DNA of 60,976 nucleotides, filler included, from Dirinaria sp. TL-2023a (taxonomy: Eukaryota), in the NCBI GenBank assembly GCA_051941275.1. It is 7 parts of 7 records of this genome, joined end to end, with 100 filler letters (N's around TTAATTAATTAA, not from the genome) between each part and the next. Parts side by side here need not be neighbours in the genome. Positions count along the whole stretch, not along the records: positions 34,938 to 43,555 come from JAVEBF010001160.1; positions 43,656 to 52,268 come from JAVEBF010001161.1; 5 more parts are not named here. The stretch is one strand, 5' to 3'. Made by a program: the position numbers and the translations under genes. The notes under the pieces were generated by a model. It worked only from the letters and a program-made list of their open reading frames with translations, did no database searches and had not been told where the DNA came from. Every line of letters begins with the position of its first letter. Within the stretch, counting starts at the first letter, position 1. Positions 38,571-49,398 of this stretch are shown piece by piece.

Positions 38571-41500
38571 ATGGCTGATGCTCAATCAAGGCCACAACGG
38601 CCACATGTCGACGATATGCCCGGCATGTGGCCCTCAACCTCAGCAAATAGCTTTAGGCAGCAATATTTAGCTCCAGTTGATCAATCGCAGGCCCAGAATG
38701 GCCATTCACCAGGCGAAGAAAGCACACATGTGAGCACCTCAAGGGATCTCTCTACGGACGCGGCTGCTACAAACTCTACTCCAGCAATGGAGGAGACTAG
38801 TCGCATGTCTAGTGAGAAGACCCAGGTCCCTACGCCTTCTGGTTCACCGGCCGTTGCAGGCGCCTTGGACGGCGCCAACGCTGGGGAGCCGGAAGAAAAG
38901 GATGAGACTGCGACACCGCCAGAGCCAGCGACAGAGGCGCCTTCAGAGGACGAGGACGACCTGGAAAAGGGGGGTTTTGCTCCAATTAAGTCTGGCCCGG
39001 CGAAAAGCAAACCAAAGCGACCGGGGTTGACTTCGGAGACTTCGCGCCGCATGACTGGAGAGGACCTCTTTCAAGCATTGAGCCGTAGGCGGACAAACGA
39101 GAGTGGCCGACAAGCTTCGTACATCTCGCCACAAGTTACTCATACAGAGCAAGAGCTGGTTGAGATTGAAAGGCTGCTTTCTCGGATGTTTGGAAAAGAT
39201 AGACATGAGCATTCGGAAGAGGAGAAAACACGGCATGTGGGGTTAGTTTTCAAAGATCTCACAGTCAGAGGTCTGGGTCTTGGCGCTGCACTTCAGCCTA
39301 CCCTCGGTGACTTCTTTCTCAATGGACCAAGAGCTCTAGCAGGCCTATTCGGCAGAGGGAGTACAATGTCCCACAAGCCGCCCATTCGGACGATCATCAA
39401 CAAGTTTACGGGTTGTGTCCGCCCAGGAGAGATGTTGCTCGTTTTGGGGAGACCAGGATCGGGATGCTCCACGTTCCTTAAGGTACTGGCAAATCAAAGA
39501 TTCGGTTATGAAAGCGTGGATGGAGACGTGACTTATGGTGGCACCGACGCCAAATCAATGGCCAAGCACTACCGTGGCGAGGTCGTGTATAATCCCGAGG
39601 ATGATCTTCACTATGCCACGCTCAGTGTCAAAAATACTTTCGATTTCGCACTGAAAACCCGAACACCGGGTAAAGCTTCTCGGAACGAAGGTGAAAGCAG
39701 AGCAGACTACCGCCGGGAATTTCGAAAGATCGTTGCCAAGCTTTTTTGGATTGAGCACACATTAGGGACCAAGGTCGGCGATGAGTTCGTAAGAGGCGTT
39801 TCTGGAGGTGAGAAGAAACGTGTCAGCATTGCCGAAGCAATGATCACCAAGGCTAGTATACAATGTTGGGATAATTCGACAAGGGGTCTCGACGCTAGTA
39901 CCGCTTTGGAGTACGTTCAGTCTTTGAGGTCTCTCACAAACATGGCGCATATCTCCACTTCAGTGGCTCTCTATCAAGCTGGAGAGTCACTTTACGACCT
40001 TTTCGATAAGGTAATCCTTATTGATGAAGGAAAATGCCTTTATTTTGGACCTACTGAGGATGCTGCCGCCTATTTCGAAGAGCTCGGGTTCTCAAGGCCG
40101 GCACGATGGACCACGGCCGATTTCCTTACATCCGTCAGCGACGAGCATGAACGAGAGGTTAAAGATGGCTATGAAACTCGGATACCTAGATCTGCTGATC
40201 AATTTGAGGAGGCTTATCGCAATAGTGAAATGTACAAAGCCAATCAGAAGGACATTGAAGAGTTCGAAGCCGGACTTGAAACCCAGAGGAAAGAACGCCT
40301 GGAGGCTCGGACAAAAGCCACGAAAGAGAAAAATTATACACTCCCATTTCATAAGCAGGTCGTGGCTTGTACACATCGACAATTCCTCATCATGCTGGGA
40401 GACAAGCAGTCATTAGCGGGAAAATGGGGCGGCGTTCTTTTCCAATCCTTGATCGTCGGCTCCCTATTTTACAACCTGCCCAGGAATTCAAGTGGTGTCT
40501 TCGCCCGCGGGGGTGTACTCTTCTTCATGCTACTATTTAACGCTTTGCTTGCACTTGCTGAATTGACCGCTGCATTTGCTAGTCGGCCGATCATGCTGAA
40601 ACACAAAAGCTTCTCCTTTCACAGACCGGCAGCGTACGCCATTGCGCAAACGGTTGTTGACGCACCACTAGTGCTAGTACAGGTCTTCATATTCGATGTT
40701 GTCGTCTATTGGATGGCAGGACTGTCCAGAACTGCGTCACAGTTTTTTATTAGCCTGCTGATACTTTGGATAATTACCATGAATATGTACGCATTCTTCC
40801 GGATGGTAGGATCGATGACGAAGTCCTTGGATATAGCAACCCGTATCACTGGTCTCTCAGTTCAAATTCTTGTCGTCTATACTGGCTATCTAATCCCTCC
40901 AGCAAAAATGCACCCGTGGTTCAAATGGCTTATCTGGATTAATCCAGTACAGTACGGCTTCGAAGCATTAGTATCAAACGAATTCTACAACTTCGACATC
41001 CCATGTGTGGCTCCCGCTCTGGTACCCCAAGGTCCAGGAGCAAGTCCACAATACCAGTCCTGCACGCTGCAAGGGTCACAGCCGGGTCAAACTTTTGTTA
41101 CCGGCTCTCGTTATATTAAGACCGCGTTTACTTACGAAAGGGCGCATCTGTGGCGCAATTTTGGCATCATTGCTGGCATGTGGATGTTTTTCGTCTTCCT
41201 GACCATGCTGGGCATGGAAATGCAGAAGCCGAATGCTGGTGGCGGGGCCATCACAATATTTAAGCGGGGCCAGGCTCCAAAGTCTGTAGCCCAAGCGATG
41301 GAGAAAGGCAGCATCCCAGAAGACGAGGAGAAGGCCGGCGCGGTCGTAGCAGAAAAGATTGCCGAACAAGAATCAAGTGAATCTGAATCCGAGCAACCTG
41401 TTAAAGGTGTAGCAAAGAACGAGTCGGTCTTTACTTACCAGAATGTGAATTACACAATACCGTACGAGAATGGCGAGCGAAAGCTATTGAACGACGTCCA

Positions 41501-43388
41501 GGGCTATGTGCGGCCAGGAAAATTGACCGCGCTGATGGGAGCGAGCGGGGCTGGCAAGACGACGCTGTTGAACACACTAGCGCAACGTATCAACTTTGGC
41601 GTGGTAAGCGGTGACTTTCTTGTGGACGGTCGACCATTGCCCAAATCATTCCAAAGAGCCACTGGATTTGCGGAGCAGATGGATGTGCATGAGCCAACCG
41701 CCACTGTTCGAGAAGCCCTCCGATTTTCGGCTCTCCTACGTCAGCCAAGGGAAGTACCTATTGAAGAAAAATATGAGTATTGTGAAAGGATTATTGATTT
41801 GCTTGAGATGAGGAGCATTGCTGGCGCGACTATTGGGAAGATCGGCGAAGGCCTCAACCAGGAACAGCGAAAGCGAGTCACGATCGGTGTGGAGCTTGCC
41901 AGCAAACCTGAGCTTTTGCTATTCCTGGATGAGCCTACGTCTGGTCTTGATTCCGGCGCTGCTTTCAACATTGTCCGGTTTCTTCGTAAGCTCGCCGATA
42001 GTGGCCAAGCTCTGCTTGTCACTATCCACCAGCCTTCAGCTGTTCTCTTTGAGTATTTTGACGAACTGCTCCTTCTCAAATCCGGAGGTCGGGTAGTCTA
42101 CCATGGATCGCTTGGCAAAGACTCTCGTGAACTTATCAGCTACTTCGAAAGAAACGGAGCAAAACAATGCCCGCCTAATGCCAACCCAGCAGAATACATG
42201 CTAGAAGCTATTGGAGCTGGGAATCCCGACTACAAGGGCAAAGACTGGGGAGATGTTTGGGCGTCTTCCCCAGAACATGAGCAGCGTGGCCAGGAAATCC
42301 AGTCAATGATCAGTGAACGCCGCGGCGCCGCCTCAAGCGCAACAAACGACGATCGTGAATATGCGATGCCGCTAAGCACACAAGTTTTCTCCGTTATCAA
42401 GCGCGATTTCACCTCTTACTGGCGAACTCCTGAGTATGTGGTTGGAAAAATGTTCCTCCACATTCTCACCGGCCTTTTTAACACGTTCACGTTTTACCAC
42501 ATGGGCGACTCCACCATCGATCAACAATCCAGGCTGTTCTCTATCTTCATGACCCTTACTATCTCGCCACCGCTCATGCAGCAGCTGCAGCCCAAGTTCC
42601 TACAGTTTCGCCAGATCTTTCAGCAACGAGAGGCGAGATCAAAGATCTACTCGTGGTTCGCATTCGTCACTGGTGCAGTGATTGTGGAAATCCCATACTC
42701 GATCCTGGCAGGTACAATTTATTTCCAATGCTGGTGGTGGGGTGCCCTCGGACGGTATCGAACGCCTTTCGACAGCGGTTATACCTGGATGCTTTTGATG
42801 ATGTTTGAACTGTTCTATGTCAGCTTCGGTCAAGCTGTGGCATCTTTTGCACCCAACGAGCTGCTAGCCAGTCTACTCTTGCCAGTCTTCTTTTTATTCA
42901 TTGTCTCGTTCTGCGGTGTGGTGGTACCAGCTCGGGGCCTGCCATATTTCTGGCGCTCTTGGATGTACTGGCTCACACCGTTCCACTATTTACTCGAAGG
43001 ATTCCTCGGTGTTGCTACTCATGGCCGTAAAGTCACATGCGCCTCGAACGAATTTGCGAGATTCTCACCTCCGCCGGGCCAGACATGCCAACAATATGCT
43101 GGTCCTTACATCTCCCAAGCAGGCGGCTATGTTCAAGATGGCGCCAATGGTTTGTGCGAATTCTGCCAATATGCGACCGGAGATGAATTTGCTGCTGGCT
43201 TCAGCGTATACTACTCCCATAAATGGAACGACTACGGCTATTTCTGGGCCTTCACGCTCTTCAATTTCTTTGTCGTTTTCGTCGCTTCATGGCTGTATCT
43301 GGGCGGACTGAAGCGCATTCGCGATACATTTAGTCCCAAAGCGAGAAAGCAAAAGAAAGAAGCACTGAAGCTGAATGAGAAGGCATGA
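38571..43388 (+). CDS. Full-size PDR/ABCG multidrug transporter, intronless
   Basis: NBD1: GRPGSGCST, VSGGEKKRVSIAE, CWDNSTRGLD. NBD2: GASGAGKTT, LNQEQRKRVTIGVEL, FLDEPTSGLD. Each is followed by a transmembrane domain. The first ATG is at 38571. Confidence 0.98.
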   Translation: MADAQSRPQRPHVDDMPGMWPSTSANSFRQQYLAPVDQSQAQNGHSPGEESTHVSTSRDLSTDAAATNSTPAMEETSRMSSEKTQVPTPSGSPAVAGALDGANAGEPEEKDETATPPEPATEAPSEDEDDLEKGGFAPIKSGPAKSKPKRPGLTSETSRRMTGEDLFQALSRRRTNESGRQASYISPQVTHTEQELVEIERLLSRMFGKDRHEHSEEEKTRHVGLVFKDLTVRGLGLGAALQPTLGDFFLNGPRALAGLFGRGSTMSHKPPIRTIINKFTGCVRPGEMLLVLGRPGSGCSTFLKVLANQRFGYESVDGDVTYGGTDAKSMAKHYRGEVVYNPEDDLHYATLSVKNTFDFALKTRTPGKASRNEGESRADYRREFRKIVAKLFWIEHTLGTKVGDEFVRGVSGGEKKRVSIAEAMITKASIQCWDNSTRGLDASTALEYVQSLRSLTNMAHISTSVALYQAGESLYDLFDKVILIDEGKCLYFGPTEDAAAYFEELGFSRPARWTTADFLTSVSDEHEREVKDGYETRIPRSADQFEEAYRNSEMYKANQKDIEEFEAGLETQRKERLEARTKATKEKNYTLPFHKQVVACTHRQFLIMLGDKQSLAGKWGGVLFQSLIVGSLFYNLPRNSSGVFARGGVLFFMLLFNALLALAELTAAFASRPIMLKHKSFSFHRPAAYAIAQTVVDAPLVLVQVFIFDVVVYWMAGLSRTASQFFISLLILWIITMNMYAFFRMVGSMTKSLDIATRITGLSVQILVVYTGYLIPPAKMHPWFKWLIWINPVQYGFEALVSNEFYNFDIPCVAPALVPQGPGASPQYQSCTLQGSQPGQTFVTGSRYIKTAFTYERAHLWRNFGIIAGMWMFFVFLTMLGMEMQKPNAGGGAITIFKRGQAPKSVAQAMEKGSIPEDEEKAGAVVAEKIAEQESSESESEQPVKGVAKNESVFTYQNVNYTIPYENGERKLLNDVQGYVRPGKLTALMGASGAGKTTLLNTLAQRINFGVVSGDFLVDGRPLPKSFQRATGFAEQMDVHEPTATVREALRFSALLRQPREVPIEEKYEYCERIIDLLEMRSIAGATIGKIGEGLNQEQRKRVTIGVELASKPELLLFLDEPTSGLDSGAAFNIVRFLRKLADSGQALLVTIHQPSAVLFEYFDELLLLKSGGRVVYHGSLGKDSRELISYFERNGAKQCPPNANPAEYMLEAIGAGNPDYKGKDWGDVWASSPEHEQRGQEIQSMISERRGAASSATNDDREYAMPLSTQVFSVIKRDFTSYWRTPEYVVGKMFLHILTGLFNTFTFYHMGDSTIDQQSRLFSIFMTLTISPPLMQQLQPKFLQFRQIFQQREARSKIYSWFAFVTGAVIVEIPYSILAGTIYFQCWWWGALGRYRTPFDSGYTWMLLMMFELFYVSFGQAVASFAPNELLASLLLPVFFLFIVSFCGVVVPARGLPYFWRSWMYWLTPFHYLLEGFLGVATHGRKVTCASNEFARFSPPPGQTCQQYAGPYISQAGGYVQDGANGLCEFCQYATGDEFAAGFSVYYSHKWNDYGYFWAFTLFNFFVVFVASWLYLGGLKRIRDTFSPKARKQKKEALKLNEKA

Positions 43389-43555
43389 AATGAATGAGAG
43401 AGCTTTCACTGGTGAGGATTTGGCCGATCTAGAAGCAGGAATCCGAGTGGCCAGGATACCGCACCGACATCCAGTCTCAGGTTTGTGTCCAGACTTATCG
43501 TACTAGCCGTCAAGTAAACGCTCGGAATTCGAGTATTTTGCATAGTAATCAGCTA

Positions 43556-43655
43556 NNNNNNNNNNNNNNNNNNNNNNNNNNNNNNNNNNNNNNNNNNNNT
43601 TAATTAATTAANNNNNNNNNNNNNNNNNNNNNNNNNNNNNNNNNNNNNNNNNNNN
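43556..43655. other. Artificial contig linker
   Basis: N44-TTAATTAATTAA-N44. Confidence 0.99.
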
Positions 43656-43945
43656 GGGGGAAGGAGGGGGAGAGCGTATTTAAAGTATCTAATGTAATGT
43701 GGTGTGATCTGATGTGGTTTGAGCTGTGGAGGGGGGGAAGGAAATATCATGGGATCAATGAAAACAACGGCACAAAAAAAAGAAAAGAAAGAAAGAAAAA
43801 AGAGGTAATTTCCTCAGTCTAGCTAGAGTTCGCAGCAATAAAATAGTACATACAAAGCATCATCATATGAAGCCAAACCCGAAAGCTTTCGTGTTACCAT
43901 ACTCCTTGCTATCCCTTTCCCCTATTCCCTTCTCGTCCCTAGCCT

Positions 43946-46334
43946 TTACTTGCACTCCTCGAACACGACTCGAACCCCTTTGACCATGCCCAGGGTGAAA
44001 CAATCAACACTCCCCTCCAACAAGCCGCTCCCATCTTCCCCTTCAGCGAGCCGGATATCGAACCTCGAAACCAGCATCGCAATCACGGCGCGCATTTCCA
44101 TGAGCGCGAGGTTGCGGCCTATACATCCGAAGGGGCCTGTATCTTCGTTAATCGATAGACAAGTATATTGTAGCAGGGGCTTCCAAAGCAAACGGATACC
44201 TACCGAGAGAAAAGGGCGCGAAGGCGTTCTGTGATTTTACGAGATCGGGTTGCGAGGACCATCGCTCGGGGATGAAGTCGTCTGGGTTGATGTAGTGCTT
44301 GGATGCTGTACTAAATTAGATTATGCGAGATTCTCAGGGGTAAGGAATCAAGTGAGTATTTGGAGAAAGGGCGAGGGAAAAGACTGACAATGGCTGATGG
44401 CGTAGTTGGGTACCGCGACATTCACGCCTCCTGGTACATAAACCCCATCGACAGTTATGCCCTCGGACGGCGTGACTCTCTGCACTCCGGATGGAACGGC
44501 AGGATGCATCCTTAACGCCTCATTGATGACGCCATTGAGGTACTCTGCATTCTGGAAGTGGCGGACGTTGAACGGCTCACCAGCTGGCCAGATGGTTTTG
44601 ATCTCGCTTCTCAATTTTTGCAGATGCGAGGGGTTGGCAGCGAGATGGTAGAAGGCATGTGTGAGCGTCACAGCAACGGTGTCGCTACCTGCGACGACTA
44701 TCAGTCGCGAATCCCCGTGTAACCATCGCACTGCTTCTGCCGGGTTGTCTGCTTTCTCCAGATCGGCTAGAAGCCAAGACGTGATATCTGGGATTTCGGG
44801 CCGGAGTAGTCTCCGCTTCTCGACCTGCTCCGTGCACCAGCTGATGAATTGCAGGAAGCCTTTTGCCAGACCGGGCTGTAGAATTCGAGGCAGTGCGGCA
44901 AGGACGGGAATGGTCCAGACGACAGGCGATAGCATACCAAGTGGCAGCATGCCCGAATGAAGCATTTTTATGACGTGGTGCTCCTGGCCGTGGACGAGCA
45001 TCTCGAAAGACTGGCCAAAAGCGAGATCACCCATCACGTCGAAGCCGTAGTAGAGGAACCAGTCCGAAGCATTGACCACCTGGCCAACCCGCTGGCGAAT
45101 TCCCGAGACCAGCTGTTCTGTATATTTGGTTATTCGGCTCTCGTAGTCACGGAGAGCTTATATAGAGCAACGTTAGAGAAAAATATCGTTGGTAGTTGCG
45201 GGAATGCCAAAGCCTACCCCTCATACTAAATCCACGATCCCATATTTTTCGGCGCGCTTCGTGGGTTGCTTCGTCTCTCGCGCTATGCAGCGATTCGAGA
45301 TTCTGATACACGACATAGTCATACCACGGTGATTTTAGACATGGCGATGCAGGTCCTAGTATGGTAGTTTGCGCATTTGGTGAGATGATTGACAGCTCGT
45401 TTGGGCCTAAAACGGGAGGTAATTATCAGATGAAGGAAAGGATGATGGTGCTAGCGAGAAACATGCGAAGACAGCCAACAATGAATGGTATTGATGGAAT
45501 CGGTGAGATGAGGATAAGGGAGACTATCAATTGCTGGAATGCAAGCGGGATTCATTTTCAAGGAAAGTAGTCTACTGTTCTAGGTTACCTCATGTCCTCC
45601 GTCAGAGATCTTGGACCTGAGTGCAGAGGTACTCGGTTTTCCAAGGCTTGGAATAGTTCAGATACCTTAGGTATACCTATGTCTTCGGTTCCTTGAACGG
45701 GAATAGTGAATGCAACACCCTGGGTCGGCCAAGCCTCCGGCCAAAATGCCCGATCTTTCCTACAAACCGCGCGAAGGTGGGATAAGGTAAGGCATATTAC
45801 ATATGTGAATCTGGACCCTTGGAAAAGGGGTGTTGGGTACCGCATCCGCCCATGAGAGAAGTGGCGTCAATTTGGCTTGCAGATTGGAAAATCGACAAGC
45901 TGATGCTGAATGCAACCGAAATGTGGCTTACCTATTCGAACAAAGTCGCCATACTGCTCATGCCATCTAGCGCGCACTTTGTGGTTGTCCATGCGGTAAC
46001 AGCATAGTGAGTGGTAGAATTTCGATACCTTGGCCAAGTGAGGTCCCGGGAATTGGCCGAGCCGGTGGAAGAAGACGCGGTAAATGACCATGCTGGTCCA
46101 TATGGCTGCGCAGTAAGAAGCGGTGATCGCCGCTGTCAACGTAGCGGCATCACCGAAAGTGAACCCTCCAAACTGGATTAAGCTGATCGTGGCGATCGGC
46201 GGGAGTAGGAAAAATAGCTTGAGAAGGAGCAAGGCTTGGGTGTGATGCTCGCCATGAATGAAGTAAAAGAGGTGAGATACCACACCAAGAATAATGGCCG
46301 CGATGGCGCATGGGGCCAGCATCGCATCGTCCAT
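43946..46334 (-). CDS. Cytochrome P450 monooxygenase, five exons
   Basis: N-terminal membrane anchor, [18 protein letters not shown]-helix AGSDT, EALR (ExxR), FIPERW, heme motif FSL|GPFGCIG. Confidence 0.96.
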
Positions 46335-46475
46335 GTCAGGCAAGAAGACAGTAGTAGTCTACGAGTAATGGCGCCGTTCGTAGTCCTCCAGTGATTTTGC
46401 AGCTGGCGGACAACGACCTGGACAGCTTACACGTGTAGATTGATAACACAAAATGGAATGTTGAAAATGTCACAG

Positions 46476-46524
46476 CTAGAGAGATGACCTAGAGAGATGA
46501 CCTAGATGTACGACCTAGAGAGAC
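46476..46524. repeat. 13-bp tandem repeat (CTAGAGAGATGAC, ~3.7 copies) just upstream of the P450
   Basis: Read directly; the third copy is diverged. Confidence 0.85.
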
Positions 46525-47353
46525 CGGATATACCCGCCGTGCTTTATGACTCGTACACCGACTCACCCATCATGTCGATAACCCCAAATGTGGTTGCACA
46601 AAGGACGGCGGGGGGTTTCCTGACAAGGGGTCGACCTTGACTAAAGTAGTGACTTGCTTTGACAGGACGGTAACGCGAAGGCTCGGCATTTAGCGCCAAT
46701 AGAAGATTGGACTTTATTAATGTGTATTTGGGCAAGTGGAATACATTAATTATTCCAATTCTCTGGTGGGGCGGCATTAGGCCATTAGCCATTCCCTCTC
46801 TCCCTTTAACCGGTACGAGATTAACCGGCACTAGCGGCGTCATATGCGGCTAAAGGCACCTTATGGCCCCGCTAATGGGAGCCTATCGTATATCAAAGCC
46901 AACCGGAATTCTTCATCTCATCGCTAATTCTTCAGGGGGAAGGATCGATAGGCTCGCAAGCGACATGAGACAAAATAAACAATCTAGGCCCGCTCGACGC
47001 TCGTGGTTTGGCACAATTTCAGGACACATTGGGCGAGGCTTGGCGCGTTTTAAAGTAGTGTCCGAATCTTTTTCCAGAACCGCGAGACCCGCAGGGGCAA
47101 AAGGGTAATAAAACCTTACCTTAAGGTACCTAGGAGTAAGCACGGCATGTTCTGGTTCCAGGAAAAATGCAGCCAAGATAACCAGAGATCTACTACTGGA
47201 TCTTATTATGCATATTCCAGTTCAGCAGAGCCGTGGGATCGGAGTCGGGCCATAAGGCGTCCCGCCGAAGATCCACGGGAAACAATCGTCGATCCCCCCA
47301 ATTCGTGGTGGAAAATCCCACCCGTGGTGGATCATCCGTACTTGGCTGGTGAG

Positions 47354-47387
47354 GCGAGATGAGCGAAATGAGCGAGATGAGCGAGAT
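47354..47387. repeat. 9-bp tandem repeat (GAGCGAGAT, ~4 copies) in the divergent intergenic region
   Basis: Read directly. Confidence 0.85.
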
Positions 47388-48255
47388 ATCGTGTTGGACT
47401 GTCGTGGGATGATGTGTACAACTGGGCGTACGGCAGGTGGCCAGTGGCTAAGCGACGTCACGTTGCAGTGACGATACTGCGAGAGGGGGCCCAAGGGGGG
47501 GTTTCTTCTTTCTGTTCTTCCTGCACGGTTCGCAATAGAGTCAACCCAGCATGCTGGAAAACAGCCGGACCTGCGCGTGGGGGCTTGGGAGCCCTGGTCA
47601 ACCCTGGTCAGTTACTGGTAACCAACGTCGTCGAGTCGGATAAGCTGGCACGGAGCCCACTGATTCGGTCTCTGGAATTCCGGCTGCAGGTCATTGCATT
47701 GCACGCGCAGGTCGTGCCACGTCAATTAGTCCCGCTCCCACGTCCGAGGCTTGCGGTTTCAGGCAATGCATACCAATCGATCCTAATTGACGAGCTAAGG
47801 AACTAGCTCCGGGAGATCACTCGCATTGTATTTTCTGCACACATTCCTACTCCGCCACGCTGGTTTATCCTTTGCGGGCATGGCTTCGGTGGGGCTGGGA
47901 GCGTGGAAAATTGTTCGATCACGTTGGCGCGGCAAACAAGGTAAGGTCAGGCAAGGTAGGGAGAGAGCTAAGGCGAAGAGAGATACGACCTGACACCATC
48001 CCGGTCGTTGCAATGCGATTCTTCCTTACATGTGCAAAATGTGCTGAAGCGAAGCGAGGCAAGATCGGGAGAGGGCCGGTGCTATAAAGCATTCCTGTCT
48101 CTCTGACCCATTAATATTCAATTGACACGAATCTGTTAATTCTCCTGTGTGTGTGATCCAAGTACAACACAGTCCCACCAAAATTTCCGTGTGATTTGAT
48201 TAGGGTCGAATTGGACGTGACTGCCTTCTTGTACCCACGCCGCCGCAGTGCTACC

Positions 48256-49398
48256 ATGAATTCCTTATCCATTGTAGACCCATCCGAGAAATTGGTCAGT
48301 TTGCAGAACAGCATTGGCCTACCCAAGATGCACGAGACAGATCCCGTGCCCGAGAAGCCTGCACTCGTACCGGAAACCCCGGAACAGAACAAAGTAAGGC
48401 ACAGCTTTCCTTGCTCGTGACACTCGTACACAAAGAAATCGGAGCAGAGCATGGGAATAAGGTAGACGGCCTATACTGACTGTATGGTTACACAGGCTCC
48501 AGCCGACGTGCCGACATCGTATCATCTTCAGACCATCTGGCTCTTTACACGCAACGATCTTAAGTCAATCGTGTTCCCAGAAACCGCCTTTGGCATATTC
48601 AGTGCTCTCTCGGGTCCAGTGCTCACCGCAAACGCGTCTCCTCACCTCTTGTCAACCCTAGGCCGGCTACCGCTGGTTCTTGTGTGGTGCTGGATCAACG
48701 TCCTCATCTTCGACGTCGCCAATCAAAGGCTCTCAACATCGGTCATTGAGGATTCCGTCAACAAGCCATGGCGTCCTCTACCATCCGGACGTCTGTCACT
48801 TTCTCAAGCCAGGCGTTTCTTGCTCCTCATCCTGCCCATCGGATTCGTGGCTACAATGTACCTTGGCGGTCTAGAGGAGACCGTGGCTATGATGGTTCTG
48901 ACGTGGATGTACAACGATCTTGGCGGTGCTGACGAGAGCTACGTTGTGCGAAACCTGATCAACGCTTTTGGATTTGTCTGCTACAGCTCAGGGGCCACAC
49001 TGGTCGCCTGTGGTCGTGGGCGTTCCTCGTTTCTTCCTGTGACCTACGAATGGCTTGGCATCGTCGGCGGCATCGTCTTCACCACGCTGCAGATGCAAGA
49101 TATGGCAGACCAAGAAGGGGACCGAGCACGCAATAGAGGCACTGTACCACTAGTTCTGGGAGACTGGCCCGCTCGCTGGACAATCGCCATCCCGGTAGCA
49201 TGCTGGTCGTTGGTGTGTCCGGCATTCTGGCAGTTGAATATCTATGCCTACATCGTACCAGTGATCTGCGGCGGCACCGTTGCCTCCAGGATACTTCTTT
49301 TCCGCACTGTAAATTCTGACAAGATCACATGGAAGCTGTGGAATGTCTGGATCACATCCCTTTACCTACTACCGCTGGTCAAGTACCACGTCGCATAG
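48256..49398 (+). CDS. UbiA-superfamily membrane enzyme, probably a UbiA-type terpene cyclase (Fma-TC-like)
   Basis: TIWLFTRNDLK, FDVANQ..EDSVNKPWRPLPSGR, WMYNDLGG and QMQDMADQEGDRARNRGTVPL, with multiple transmembrane helices. Intron at 48394-48495. Confidence 0.9.

Noticed and set aside
34938..49398. Large hybrid cluster of NRPS-like enzyme, ABC transporter, P450 and terpene cyclase
   Set aside because: An artificial linker at 43556-43655 separates the two pairs; contigs are ordered by length, not position.
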